A stretch of 63,473 nucleotides of DNA, the filler included. It is 7 parts of 7 records of this genome, joined end to end, with 100 filler letters (N's around TTAATTAATTAA, not from the genome) between each part and the next. Parts side by side here need not be neighbours in the genome. Positions count along the whole stretch, not along the records: positions 49,898 to 60,246 come from SRR20825010_2363; 6 more parts are not named here. One strand, given 5' to 3'. The translations under genes were made by a program, and so were the position numbers. Positions 49,898-59,259 of this stretch are shown here, piece after piece. Position 1 is the stretch's first letter. Each line of letters starts with the position of its first letter. Below the pieces are notes generated by a model. The model saw nothing but the letters and a program-made list of their open reading frames with translations, had not been told where the DNA came from and made no database searches.

Positions 49898-50485
49898 GCG
49901 CTGTGGGGCAGCGAGCCGGCTGTACTGATGACCCGCAACAAGCCGGTCAAAACGCTGGCCGATGTAAAGGGCCTCAAGATCCGCACCGCCGATCAGGTTT
50001 CGGCGGCGATCATCGAAGCCTGGGGTGGGACGCCGGTCCCGCTGCCCGCGAGCGAGATCTACACCGCAATGGATACCGGCGTGATCGACGGGCTGTTCAT
50101 CGATCCGAGCGGCGTTCCCTCTTTCCGCCTCGACGAGGTGGTCAACCATGTGACTCTTGGGCTGCCAACCCCGTCGTCGGCGTTCTTCCTGGTGATGAAC
50201 CAGAATGCCTGGAATGGACTCAGCGAAGCCCAGAAAGCGGAGCTGGACAATCTTAGCGGCCGGCAACTCAGCCTGGATTCCGCAGCCTCCTACGCGAAGG
50301 AGGCCGAGCACGGCATGGACATTCTGAAGAAAGCCGACAAAGAGATCATTATGCTCGATGCCGAGGCGCAGGCAGAATTTGTCGCGGCGACCAAGTCCGT
50401 TAGCGACAAGCTCGTTGCCGAAGCTGAGGGGCGTGGCGTGGAAAACGCCGCCGACATTGCAGCAGCTCTCGACAACAAAAAATAG
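49898..50485 (+). CDS. TRAP transporter substrate-binding protein DctP (5'-truncated)
   Basis: DVKGLKIR, EIYTAMDTGVIDG, MNQNAWNGLS; frame open to contig edge. Confidence 0.88.
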   Translation, partial: ALWGSEPAVLMTRNKPVKTLADVKGLKIRTADQVSAAIIEAWGGTPVPLPASEIYTAMDTGVIDGLFIDPSGVPSFRLDEVVNHVTLGLPTPSSAFFLVMNQNAWNGLSEAQKAELDNLSGRQLSLDSAASYAKEAEHGMDILKKADKEIIMLDAEAQAEFVAATKSVSDKLVAEAEGRGVENAADIAAALDNKK

Positions 50486-50488
50486 GCC

Positions 50489-51001
50489 ATGACGACGATG
50501 ATGCGTGCAAAGGAAACTAGACCGACGGTCGCCAGCCGTCTGGCGGACGGGTTCGGTCTTCTGGGCGGGATAGCGATCCTGTTTCTGGCCGGACTGGTCT
50601 TTTGTGATGTGGTCGGGCGAACACTGGGATCACCGATTTTCGGTGCACGCGATATCATGGTGATGACGCTGGCGGTAATCGCCGCCAGCGGTTTTGCGAG
50701 CGGGGCGACACATGGAATTCATATTGCCATCGACGCCCTGCAGAATTTTCTGCCCCCCTGGCTAAGACGCGGTCAGCTGCTGCTGGCTGACTTCATCAGT
50801 CTAGCATTTCTCGCGATTCTCTCATGGCGCAGCTTCGTGGGTGGAATGGAAGCCGGGGATTTCGGTGAGCGGACGATGCTCCTGTCGTTTCCGCATGCTC
50901 CGTTCTACTTCACCCTGTCGTTCGGCCTGGGCCTTTATGCGCTTGTGGTTGCGTTCGATATCATCAAACAATTGAAGTCGGTGAGCAACGATGCCGAATG
51001 A
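50489..51001 (+). CDS. TRAP small permease DctQ
   Basis: Four TM segments, DVVGR, HIAID. Confidence 0.85.
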   Translation: MTTMMRAKETRPTVASRLADGFGLLGGIAILFLAGLVFCDVVGRTLGSPIFGARDIMVMTLAVIAASGFASGATHGIHIAIDALQNFLPPWLRRGQLLLADFISLAFLAILSWRSFVGGMEAGDFGERTMLLSFPHAPFYFTLSFGLGLYALVVAFDIIKQLKSVSNDAE

Positions 51002-52298
51002 ACTCTATGGCCTGCTGGGCATCGTCGGCCTTGCGGTCCTCCTGATCCTGCGTGTTCCGGTTGCGCTCGCCATCGGCACGGTCGGTTTTGTGGGCATCAC
51101 GGCGCTGAGCGGCGCCAACACCGCGTTCTACATGGCGTCGTCGGAAGCGTTCGCTACTGTCACGCAATACGAACTCGTCGTCATTCCGCTGTTCGTTCTG
51201 ATGGGCAACATTGCCAGCGCATCGGGGCTCAGCCGTGACCTCTACGATGCGGCCTTCGCCTGGATCGGCCGGCTGCGTGGCGGTCTCGCCTCGGCCACGG
51301 TGATCGGCTGCGCGGGTTTCTCCGCCCTCAGCGGCTCGTCCATCGCTTCGGCCGTTACGATGGGACGTGTGGCCCTGCCGGAAATGAAGCGCTTTGCCTA
51401 CTCCGATGCGCTGGCGACCGGGTCGGTGGCGGCCGGTGGCACCCTCGGCATCCTGATTCCGCCGTCGACCGGATTTATCATCTATGCAACGCTGACCGAG
51501 CAGTCGATCGGCCGTCTGTTCATGGCCGGCATCCTTCCGGGCATCCTGCTTACCACACTGTTCGTCGTTGCGATCTATATTGTCACGTTGCTCCGCCCGG
51601 CCGATGGGCCGGCCGGGGAGCCATTCACCTTAAAGGAGAGCATTCGCGCCGGCCTGCGTGCGTCGCTGATCGGTGGCATTATCGTCATTACCATCGGCGG
51701 CATCTATCTTGGCTTCTTTACCCCCGCAGAAGCCGCCGGCATCGGAGCGGTACTGACGTTGTTCGTCTCGTTCTTCCGCGGGCGGCTAAGCCTTGCGCAG
51801 TGGAAGAACGTGCTAATGCAGACTGTTCGTACCACGTCGATGGTATTCCTGATCCTCGTCGGCGCCAACATTTTCGCACCCTTTCTGGCGTTGAGCGACC
51901 TTCCGCACTTCATCAGCCAGGGGCTGACAGCTCTTGATGTCGGTCCCTACGGAGTGCTGTTCCTGATCCTGGCGGCATACATCATCCTCGGAACGTTTCT
52001 TGAGGGCCTGTCGCTGCTGGTCATCAGCCTGCCGATCGTCTTCCCCGCCATCATTGCTGCCGGCTTCGATCCGATCTGGTTCGGCGTCATCGCAGTGATC
52101 GTTCTTGAAATGGGGCTGATCTCGCCACCAGTCGGACTCAATGTCTTTGTCGTCGCCAGTATCGCCGACAACGTGCCGCTGTCGACGGTGTTTCGGGGGA
52201 TCATTCCGTTCTGGATCGCGATGGCGGTCTGCACGGTCCTGCTGATCCTGTTTCCATCGATCGCCCTCTATATCCCGCAAACAATGATGGGAAACTAG
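50991..52298 (+). CDS. TRAP large permease DctM
   Basis: IPLFVLMG, GTLGILIPPS, FTPAEAA, SPPVGLN. Confidence 0.93.
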   Translation: MPNELYGLLGIVGLAVLLILRVPVALAIGTVGFVGITALSGANTAFYMASSEAFATVTQYELVVIPLFVLMGNIASASGLSRDLYDAAFAWIGRLRGGLASATVIGCAGFSALSGSSIASAVTMGRVALPEMKRFAYSDALATGSVAAGGTLGILIPPSTGFIIYATLTEQSIGRLFMAGILPGILLTTLFVVAIYIVTLLRPADGPAGEPFTLKESIRAGLRASLIGGIIVITIGGIYLGFFTPAEAAGIGAVLTLFVSFFRGRLSLAQWKNVLMQTVRTTSMVFLILVGANIFAPFLALSDLPHFISQGLTALDVGPYGVLFLILAAYIILGTFLEGLSLLVISLPIVFPAIIAAGFDPIWFGVIAVIVLEMGLISPPVGLNVFVVASIADNVPLSTVFRGIIPFWIAMAVCTVLLILFPSIALYIPQTMMGN

Positions 52299-52356
52299 CG
52301 TGACCGCGATTTCGCCGGTTCATTGCAACGTTTCCGCCAAAGCAAAGACTGCCTTC

Positions 52357-54057
52357 ATGACCGATGCACTCGACAATCCAACAGGCGCCGATGCGGTGCT
52401 GTTCAGTCTCAAAGCCAACGGTGTTGACTATCTCTTCGCCAATGCCGGCAGCGATTTTGCGCCGATTATCGAGAGCTATGCCCGGCGTGGCGAGGATGGA
52501 AAACGCGCACCGAAGCCGGTGATCGTCCCACATGAAGCGGCGCTGGTTGCCATGGCGCACGGCTACTATCTGGTTACCGGACGGCCACAGGCGGCCATGG
52601 TGCATGTCAATGTCGGGTTGGCCAACGCCGTCATGGGGCTGATCAACGCTCATGCCGACGACGTGCCCCTGATCATGATGTCCGGCCGCACGCCGCTTAC
52701 CGAGCATGACCGGCCGGGCGCGCGCCGCACGCCGATCCAGTACGGGCAGGAACAGTTCGATCAGAGTGGCATGGTGTGCGAACTGGTCAAATGGAATTAC
52801 GAGCTGCGCTATGCCGAGAACGCCGCCAACCTCGTATCGCGCGGCTACGCCATTGCCATGTCGGAGCCGGTTGGAGCGGTTTATCTGAGCCTTCCGCGGG
52901 AGCCGCTGTGCGAGCCCGCGCCAGCGCTGGGGGAGGGGAACGCGCCACTCCAGGTGGCAGCCAGCCCTACCGCTCCTGATCCACAGGCCATCGAACAGGC
53001 AGCCGCCTGGCTGGCGACTGCGAAGAACCCGCTTATCATTTGCCAGCGCGGCGATCCGGCGGGCAAGGTGGCGGCTCTTCTGGGAGCCCTGGCGGAGCGG
53101 CACGGCATTGCTGTCAGCGAAGTGTTTGCCACACGCAACGTCATGCCGAGCGATCATCCGATGCTCGTTGGTCCCAATCTGGCTGAGTTGCTGCCGGCTG
53201 CTGATGTCGTACTCGTTGTTGATGCGCCCGTTGCCTGGATTGAAAGTGCAGCGCAGCCGGCTGAGATGGCCAAGGTGATCCATGTTGGTCCTGATCCGCT
53301 GTTCGCCCGCATGCCGGTGCGCTCTTACCGCGCTTCTCTTGCCATCGCGGGCAATACCGCGCGCATCCTTGCTGCCCTGGACACTGCTCTGGATGCGCAC
53401 CCGCCAGCAACGCGTATCCGGCGCGAAGCCGCGGTTGCCGGTCATGAGGCCTACCGCGCAAGGGTGACAAAAACGGCTGAGGCGGGAAGTCGCGGAGCGG
53501 CCAGCAAGGCATGGGTCGCGCACTGCGTCTCCGAGATTCTAGGGGACGAAGGTATCGTCTTCAACGAAAGAGGAGCTCCCTCTCCCTTCTACACACTAAA
53601 GGCCGGCAACCGGTTTTTCGGCAACACGCCGGCAGGCGGTCTTGGCTGGGCGCTTCCCGCGGCATTGGGCGCTCAACTTGCTGACCGGGAACGTTTGGTC
53701 GTTTGCGTGGTCGGTGACGGCTCGTATATGTTCGCAAACCCCGTTGTTTGCCACCAGGTTGCAGAAGCTCACGATCTGCCACTGCTTACGGTGATACTCA
53801 ACAATGGTGCCTGGGACGCTGTCAGGCTGTCGACACTGGAAGTCTACCCGGAAGGGTATGCCTCTCGCGCCAATGAGGTGCCGCTTTCCGACTTGTCTCC
53901 TGCACCCGACTACTGCGCGGTTGCCGCTGGTTCACGCGCCTGGACCTGTGTGGTGGAGGAAGCCGGAGAATTGCCCGCCGCCCTCGCTAGAGCAGTCGCG
54001 GTTGTTCGCGACGAGCAGCGGCAGGTGGTAATTGATGTGCGCGTGCGAGCCGAGTGA
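52357..54057 (+). CDS. Thiamine diphosphate-dependent enzyme (decarboxylase/acetolactate synthase-like fold)
   Basis: PHEAA.VAMAHGY catalytic Glu region; GDGS...NN ThDP motif; start could be 52300 (GTG). Confidence 0.88.
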   Translation: MTDALDNPTGADAVLFSLKANGVDYLFANAGSDFAPIIESYARRGEDGKRAPKPVIVPHEAALVAMAHGYYLVTGRPQAAMVHVNVGLANAVMGLINAHADDVPLIMMSGRTPLTEHDRPGARRTPIQYGQEQFDQSGMVCELVKWNYELRYAENAANLVSRGYAIAMSEPVGAVYLSLPREPLCEPAPALGEGNAPLQVAASPTAPDPQAIEQAAAWLATAKNPLIICQRGDPAGKVAALLGALAERHGIAVSEVFATRNVMPSDHPMLVGPNLAELLPAADVVLVVDAPVAWIESAAQPAEMAKVIHVGPDPLFARMPVRSYRASLAIAGNTARILAALDTALDAHPPATRIRREAAVAGHEAYRARVTKTAEAGSRGAASKAWVAHCVSEILGDEGIVFNERGAPSPFYTLKAGNRFFGNTPAGGLGWALPAALGAQLADRERLVVCVVGDGSYMFANPVVCHQVAEAHDLPLLTVILNNGAWDAVRLSTLEVYPEGYASRANEVPLSDLSPAPDYCAVAAGSRAWTCVVEEAGELPAALARAVAVVRDEQRQVVIDVRVRAE

Positions 54058-54119
54058 CGGAGCGCGACCCCATTTTATCATACGTCTTTGACGGAGTGGA
54101 TAAGCTCTGGCAGCGATGC

Positions 54120-54911
54120 CTAGGTCGGGAGATTATCCCTCCCACCTCGAATACCGTCCTCATCCGTCCACCCCAAAGCGCGGGATAGCCGCGCCGCCGA
54201 TGATGTCGTCAGTCGGATAATGTGCTCCAGCTCGGATTCCTGAATCCTGAACGCAGGAGCCACCACATGCACCGTCGCCACGACCGAATTGTCCAGAGTA
54301 AAGACGGGGGCAGCGCACGAAACCTGATGGTCGCTCACCTCACCGCGACTGATACAAAAGCCCTGGCGGCGGATCCGCGTGAGCTCCGCGAGGATTGCCT
54401 TGCGGGAACGTGGCGTGTTTGCAGTGAGCGCGACGGGTCTCAACGGGACGCATTTATCGATGAATGCCTGTGACTGGAACGCCAGCAGGCATTTGGGCGA
54501 TCCCGCGTAGAGGGGGCGACGACGCCCCACATTCGCGTGCACCCTCAGATCCCGTGAAGGCTCGGCCTTTGCGACGCACAGGGCTTCCATGCCGTCGATC
54601 GTCCGCAACTGTACGGTCTCGTTCACCCGCTGGCACAGCTCCTCGAGAATGGGCGTTGCAAGACGGATCATATCCGTTTGCGAACTGGCGGTGATTCCCA
54701 GAACCAGCATGGCGTCACCAAGACCATAAGCGCCATCTTTCGTCCGTTTGACGATCTGACGTTGTTCCATTGTGTGCAACAATCGATAGGCACGTGACTT
54801 GTTGAGGCCTGTTTTCCGCGCAAGATCCGTGACGCCGATATTCGGTCTCCGAGCGACTTCCATAAGAAGGTCTAAGGCCTTATCAACTGATTCTACTATA
54901 TAATTTTGCAT
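54120..54911 (-). CDS. IclR family transcriptional regulator
   Basis: SVDKALDLL HTH start, NETVQL, RRPLYAGS, CAAPVF. Confidence 0.92.
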   Translation of the reverse strand: MQNYIVESVDKALDLLMEVARRPNIGVTDLARKTGLNKSRAYRLLHTMEQRQIVKRTKDGAYGLGDAMLVLGITASSQTDMIRLATPILEELCQRVNETVQLRTIDGMEALCVAKAEPSRDLRVHANVGRRRPLYAGSPKCLLAFQSQAFIDKCVPLRPVALTANTPRSRKAILAELTRIRRQGFCISRGEVSDHQVSCAAPVFTLDNSVVATVHVVAPAFRIQESELEHIIRLTTSSAARLSRALGWTDEDGIRGGRDNLPT

Positions 54912-55092
54912 AGCGCTCTTAATCGAAGTCGATCTCTTTCAGGGCATTTTACGTGTTTTATCTGTCGAAACAAGCTCAGAATAAGTTTGACAGCCTCGTT
55001 CGAGCGACTGTTTACTCAGGCCTGTTGAAGAACACGCAGTTCAAAAATCACGGCCGCTCACAGGCTGCCGCGAAACAACCAGGGGGAAGAGA

Positions 55093-56676
55093 TTGACCAA
55101 ATACATGACCCGGCGGAATTTTCATGCTTCAGTGATCGCGCTGATCGTCGCTGGCGCCATTCCCGCATCTGCGCAGGAGGCCACGCTTTCAATCGGCATG
55201 GCTGCGCCCATCACCTCGCTTGATCCGCATGAGGATTCCAATTCACCGAACAACGCCACCAGCCGCCACATTTGGGACAGCCTGATCAATCGCGGCGGTT
55301 CGGCGGAAAACAAGCCCCAGCTCGCAACGGAGTGGGAGGTCGTCGACGACACGCACTGGCGCTTCACACTTCGGGAGGGCGTTACCTTTCACGACGGCTC
55401 GTCTTTTGACGCTGAAGATGTTGTGGCTTCGCTCATCAGGGCCCGGGACAAGGAAAGCCAGGCTTTCGCTTCCTACACCCGCAATATCGCCAATGTGACT
55501 GCCGAAGACGATCACACCGTTGTGGTTGAAACAACGGTTCCGGATCCGATGATTCTGAATTCGCTGAGCCGTATCCGCATCATCAGCTCGGAGTTTGCCG
55601 ACGCGCCCGTCTCCGAATTCGAGAATGGCCCCGCAGCCGTTGGCACCGGTCCCTTCAAGCTGGTCTCCTACACACCGGGTGACCGGATCGAGTTGGAGCG
55701 GAATGACGAATATTTCGCCGGACCGGCGGATTGGTCCCGTGTGACCCTGCGCCTTGTGCCCGATGATGGCGGCCGTCTCGCGTCCCTTCTGGCTGGCGAT
55801 CTGGATCTGATAGAGAACCTTCCTGCAGAGGGTGTGGCCCGCGTCGAATCCAATGATGATCTGAAGGTCATCCGCGGTCAGTCCACCCGCCTCGTTTATC
55901 TTGGTATGGATGTTTCGCGCGATCAAACACCCTTTGCCACCGCGAAGGATGGGTCGCCGCTGGACAGCAACCCCTTCAAGGATGCTCGCGTACGCAAGGC
56001 GCTGCTGATGGCCATGAATCGAGAGGCCATCGTTGATCGCGTCATGCAGAAGAACGGCACGGTTGCCCATCAATTCGTCGCCGAAGGCTTTTTCGGACAT
56101 TCCGACGAGGTTGAGGAAGTCGGCTACGACCCGGAGGCTGCAAAGGCGTTGCTGGCCGAAGCTGGTTATCCGGACGGCTTTGCCCTTACCATTCACGGCC
56201 CGTCCGGGCGCTATGTGAATGATAGCGAAGTCTTGCAGGCCGCAGGCCAGATGTTCTCCCGCATCGGCATCGACACCAAGGTGGAAGTGATGCCGTGGTC
56301 GGTCTATTCAGGCAAATATTCCGATGGCGAGTATTCGCTCTTCCTTGGCTCCTGGGGCGTGAACACCGGAGAAGTCTCCAATCCGGCGCTGGCTCTTGTG
56401 GCAGCACGGAACGCTGACAAGGGCACCGGACGCTACAATGGCGGAGGCATCGATGTTCCCGCGATCAATGAACTCCTGGATCAGGCGACGTCCACGCTCG
56501 ATGAAGAGGCACGAGAGCCTCTCCTTCAGAAAGTCTCGGCGGCGACATTCAACGATGTCTGGCTGTTGCCGATGCACTACGAGAATGTGGTGATGGGCGC
56601 GAAGAACGGCATCGAGTTCAAGCCGCGCGGAGACAAATACACGCTCGCTTATGAAGTGCACAAAGCAGGCGAGTGA
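55093..56676 (+). CDS. Peptide/nickel-family (SBP family 5) ABC substrate-binding protein
   Basis: SLDPH, LREGVTFHDGS, VGTGPFK, RVRKAL, LLAEAGYPDGF. Confidence 0.92.
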   Translation: MTKYMTRRNFHASVIALIVAGAIPASAQEATLSIGMAAPITSLDPHEDSNSPNNATSRHIWDSLINRGGSAENKPQLATEWEVVDDTHWRFTLREGVTFHDGSSFDAEDVVASLIRARDKESQAFASYTRNIANVTAEDDHTVVVETTVPDPMILNSLSRIRIISSEFADAPVSEFENGPAAVGTGPFKLVSYTPGDRIELERNDEYFAGPADWSRVTLRLVPDDGGRLASLLAGDLDLIENLPAEGVARVESNDDLKVIRGQSTRLVYLGMDVSRDQTPFATAKDGSPLDSNPFKDARVRKALLMAMNREAIVDRVMQKNGTVAHQFVAEGFFGHSDEVEEVGYDPEAAKALLAEAGYPDGFALTIHGPSGRYVNDSEVLQAAGQMFSRIGIDTKVEVMPWSVYSGKYSDGEYSLFLGSWGVNTGEVSNPALALVAARNADKGTGRYNGGGIDVPAINELLDQATSTLDEEAREPLLQKVSAATFNDVWLLPMHYENVVMGAKNGIEFKPRGDKYTLAYEVHKAGE

Positions 56677-56685
56677 TGCACACTT

Positions 56686-56714
56686 TGCGGGAGGCGCCTG
56701 GATCGCCTCCCGCA
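56686..56714 (+). promoter_or_regulatory. Intercistronic stem-loop after the binding-protein gene
   Basis: TGCGGGAGGCG-CCTGGAT-CGCCTCCCGCA perfect 11-bp stem with no U tract; likely stabilises upstream mRNA. Confidence 0.6.
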
Positions 56715-56776
56715 TACCTCTCCCAATATAGGGCGTTCCTTCGGGCCCGCCTGCTTTAAACATCTCAGGAGTACAC

Positions 56777-57628
56777 ATGCAGGAGCTTGCATCCAGCGGT
56801 GCGGCTTTGCGCGCGCGCGCCATCTATGACTATGGTGAGACCGCAATCCTAGCGTCCACCATCGATCCCCGGTTCCACATGATGCTCTACGTGCCCCCGG
56901 CAGCCGCCGAGGGGAAAAAGGTCGATCTGCTTGTCGCAGTCCACGGAACAGGACGAACCTCGGCTTTCGAGTTTCGTGACGGGTTCGCCGAATTCGGTCT
57001 TTACAATGACTGTGCAATCCTGTGCCCGATCTTTCCGGTCAATGTGCGCGGTGATGGGGCTCGCTCGGGTTACAAGTACCTTCAGGAAGGTGACATCCGC
57101 TACGACAAAGTCCTTTTGTCGATGGTCGAAGAGATGGCGGGGAAATATGGGCAGGACTGGTCAAAGTTTGCGATTTTCGGCTATTCCGGCGGCGGTCATT
57201 TTGCGCACCGCTTCGCCATCCTCCATCCGGAAAAATTATGGGCCGCAAGCATCGGCGCGCCTGGCTCGGTGACGCTCCTCGATCCGGAGCGCGACTGGTG
57301 GGTTGGCGTGCGGGACGTGGCCGAACGCTTTGGCAAGCCCTTTGACGCATCGGCTCTGGCCCGTGTCGCCGTTCACATGGTTGTGGGTGATGCGGATCTC
57401 GAGACCTGGGAAATCGCCCACGCCCCCGGCTCGACATATTTCATGGAAGGCGCAAATGATGCTGGCGCCACCCGACCGGAACGGCTGCGCAGCCTCAGGG
57501 CTTCATTCGAGGCGGCCGGAGTGAACGTGACTTTCGACGAGATTCCGGGCGTTTCGCATGACCGGATGAAATGCATCGGCCATACGAAAGCTTTCCTGAC
57601 CCGCACTCTCAGGGAGATGCGCGCATGA
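56777..57628 (+). CDS. Cytoplasmic alpha/beta serine hydrolase (PHB depolymerase/PahZ1-like)
   Basis: VHGTGR, GYSGG nucleophile elbow, candidate Asp (GDAD) and His (GVSH); no signal peptide. Confidence 0.8.
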   Translation: MQELASSGAALRARAIYDYGETAILASTIDPRFHMMLYVPPAAAEGKKVDLLVAVHGTGRTSAFEFRDGFAEFGLYNDCAILCPIFPVNVRGDGARSGYKYLQEGDIRYDKVLLSMVEEMAGKYGQDWSKFAIFGYSGGGHFAHRFAILHPEKLWAASIGAPGSVTLLDPERDWWVGVRDVAERFGKPFDASALARVAVHMVVGDADLETWEIAHAPGSTYFMEGANDAGATRPERLRSLRASFEAAGVNVTFDEIPGVSHDRMKCIGHTKAFLTRTLREMRA

Positions 57629-59238
57629 ACCGCAATGCTACGATTGTTGCTCCGCAGCCGGAGGCAGTGGAAGCCGGAGCCGAGGTGCTGGAACGGGGCG
57701 GAAACGCCATCGACGCGGCACTTGCCTGTGCATTTGTTCAGGGCGTCGTCGACCCGCAGATGTGCGGTATTGGCGGCTTCGGGTCGATGCAGGTCTATAT
57801 GCCGGGGCGTGGCATCCACGAGATGCTGGAGTTTTATGCGCTCGCACCTTCCGCGGCGACGCCGGATATGTGGCTCGACAAGCTTTTGGGTCAAAGCCGC
57901 GATGGATTTGGCTTTATTCTTGAAAACAATATCTCCGAGATCGGCTATCTGGCCTGTTGCACCCCCGCTTCGCTCAAGGGATATGAGCGCGCCCTGAAAG
58001 ATTACGGCACCTGGGATTGGGGCGACCTCATCGCGCCAGCCATCAAATATGCCGAAGAGGGCTTCAAGATTCGTCCGCACATGCACTGGTACTGGACCAA
58101 GGACCAGACGAGCGACGGTCAGGTGAATACGCTGGACAAGCTGCGATACTCGCAAACCGGTCAGCGCGTCTATTTCCACAATGATGGCAGGCTTCGTGAA
58201 GTCGGCGAGATTCTGAGCAACCCTGATCTCGGACGCACGCTCCGGCGTATAGCCGAGAGCGGCTCGTCAGACATATTCTATCACGGTGAAATCGCCGAGC
58301 AGATTGCTGCGGATTTCGCAGCCAATGGCGGATTGATCGCACTCGAGGATCTGGCGCAATACGAGATCACCAAAGCGGCACCGGTATGGGGCAGCTACCG
58401 CGGTCGCCGGATTGCCTCCAGCCCCCCGCCGGGGTCCGGTTTCCCCATGATCGAGTTGCTGCACATTCTCGAAAACTTTGATCTCGCCGCGATGAAGCAC
58501 GGCTCCACAGAGTATGTGCGCACGCTGTTCGAGGCGATGAAACGCATGACCATCGACAAGGACAAGCATATGGGCGACCCCGCCTATGTGGATGTTCCGG
58601 TAGAGCGACTGCTGTCCAAGGAGCACGCTGCGGAACTCGCCGCGCAGATCAAGCGGGGAGAACGGGCCAGCGTTGAGCGGCTGGATATGTCGCAGCGGGA
58701 CACCACGCATATCTCGGTGGTGGACAAGCAGGGCAATGCCGTGGCTTTGACCCATTCGCTGGGCAGTCCCTCCGGCGCCATCACGGAGGGGTTGGGCTTC
58801 ATGTATAACGGCTTGATGAGCCGCTTTGATCCGCGGCCGGGGAAGGCAGCATCGATTGCGCCCCGCAAGCGCAGGGCGAGTTCAGCAGCACCGACGATCG
58901 TGTTTGAAGGCGACAGTCCCTCGATCGTGATTGGCGCTCCGGGAGGCAGCTATATTGCGCCGACGGTCGCCCAGGGGATCATCAACATGATCGACTTCGA
59001 CATGAACATTCATGCCGCGGTTTCCGCACCGCGACTGGTCGGTGTGTCCAACAGCATAGACATCTGCAACCGGATCCGGCGTTCAGTCGCTGAAGAGTTG
59101 CGCGGGCAGGGCTATGAAGTGCTGCGCTCGCCACAAGCTTATGCGTTCGCCGCGCTGCATGGTATCCGGATAACCGACGGGGTCTCTTCCGGTGCTGCAG
59201 ATCCGCAGCGCGATGGTATGGCGATCAGCGTCGACTGA
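57625..59238 (+). CDS. Gamma-glutamyltransferase-family Ntn hydrolase, atypical pocket
   Basis: GGNAIDAA, DTTHISVVD autocleavage Thr, APGGS; ATGA overlap with hydrolase. Confidence 0.9.
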   Translation: MNRNATIVAPQPEAVEAGAEVLERGGNAIDAALACAFVQGVVDPQMCGIGGFGSMQVYMPGRGIHEMLEFYALAPSAATPDMWLDKLLGQSRDGFGFILENNISEIGYLACCTPASLKGYERALKDYGTWDWGDLIAPAIKYAEEGFKIRPHMHWYWTKDQTSDGQVNTLDKLRYSQTGQRVYFHNDGRLREVGEILSNPDLGRTLRRIAESGSSDIFYHGEIAEQIAADFAANGGLIALEDLAQYEITKAAPVWGSYRGRRIASSPPPGSGFPMIELLHILENFDLAAMKHGSTEYVRTLFEAMKRMTIDKDKHMGDPAYVDVPVERLLSKEHAAELAAQIKRGERASVERLDMSQRDTTHISVVDKQGNAVALTHSLGSPSGAITEGLGFMYNGLMSRFDPRPGKAASIAPRKRRASSAAPTIVFEGDSPSIVIGAPGGSYIAPTVAQGIINMIDFDMNIHAAVSAPRLVGVSNSIDICNRIRRSVAEELRGQGYEVLRSPQAYAFAALHGIRITDGVSSGAADPQRDGMAISVD

Positions 59239-59259
59239 GCCGGAAAGCGACAACAAACC

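Noticed and set aside
54912..55092. TTGACA and imperfect inverted repeats as promoter/IclR operator
   Set aside because: Plausible, but no convincing -10 at correct spacing and the palindromes are too weak to call
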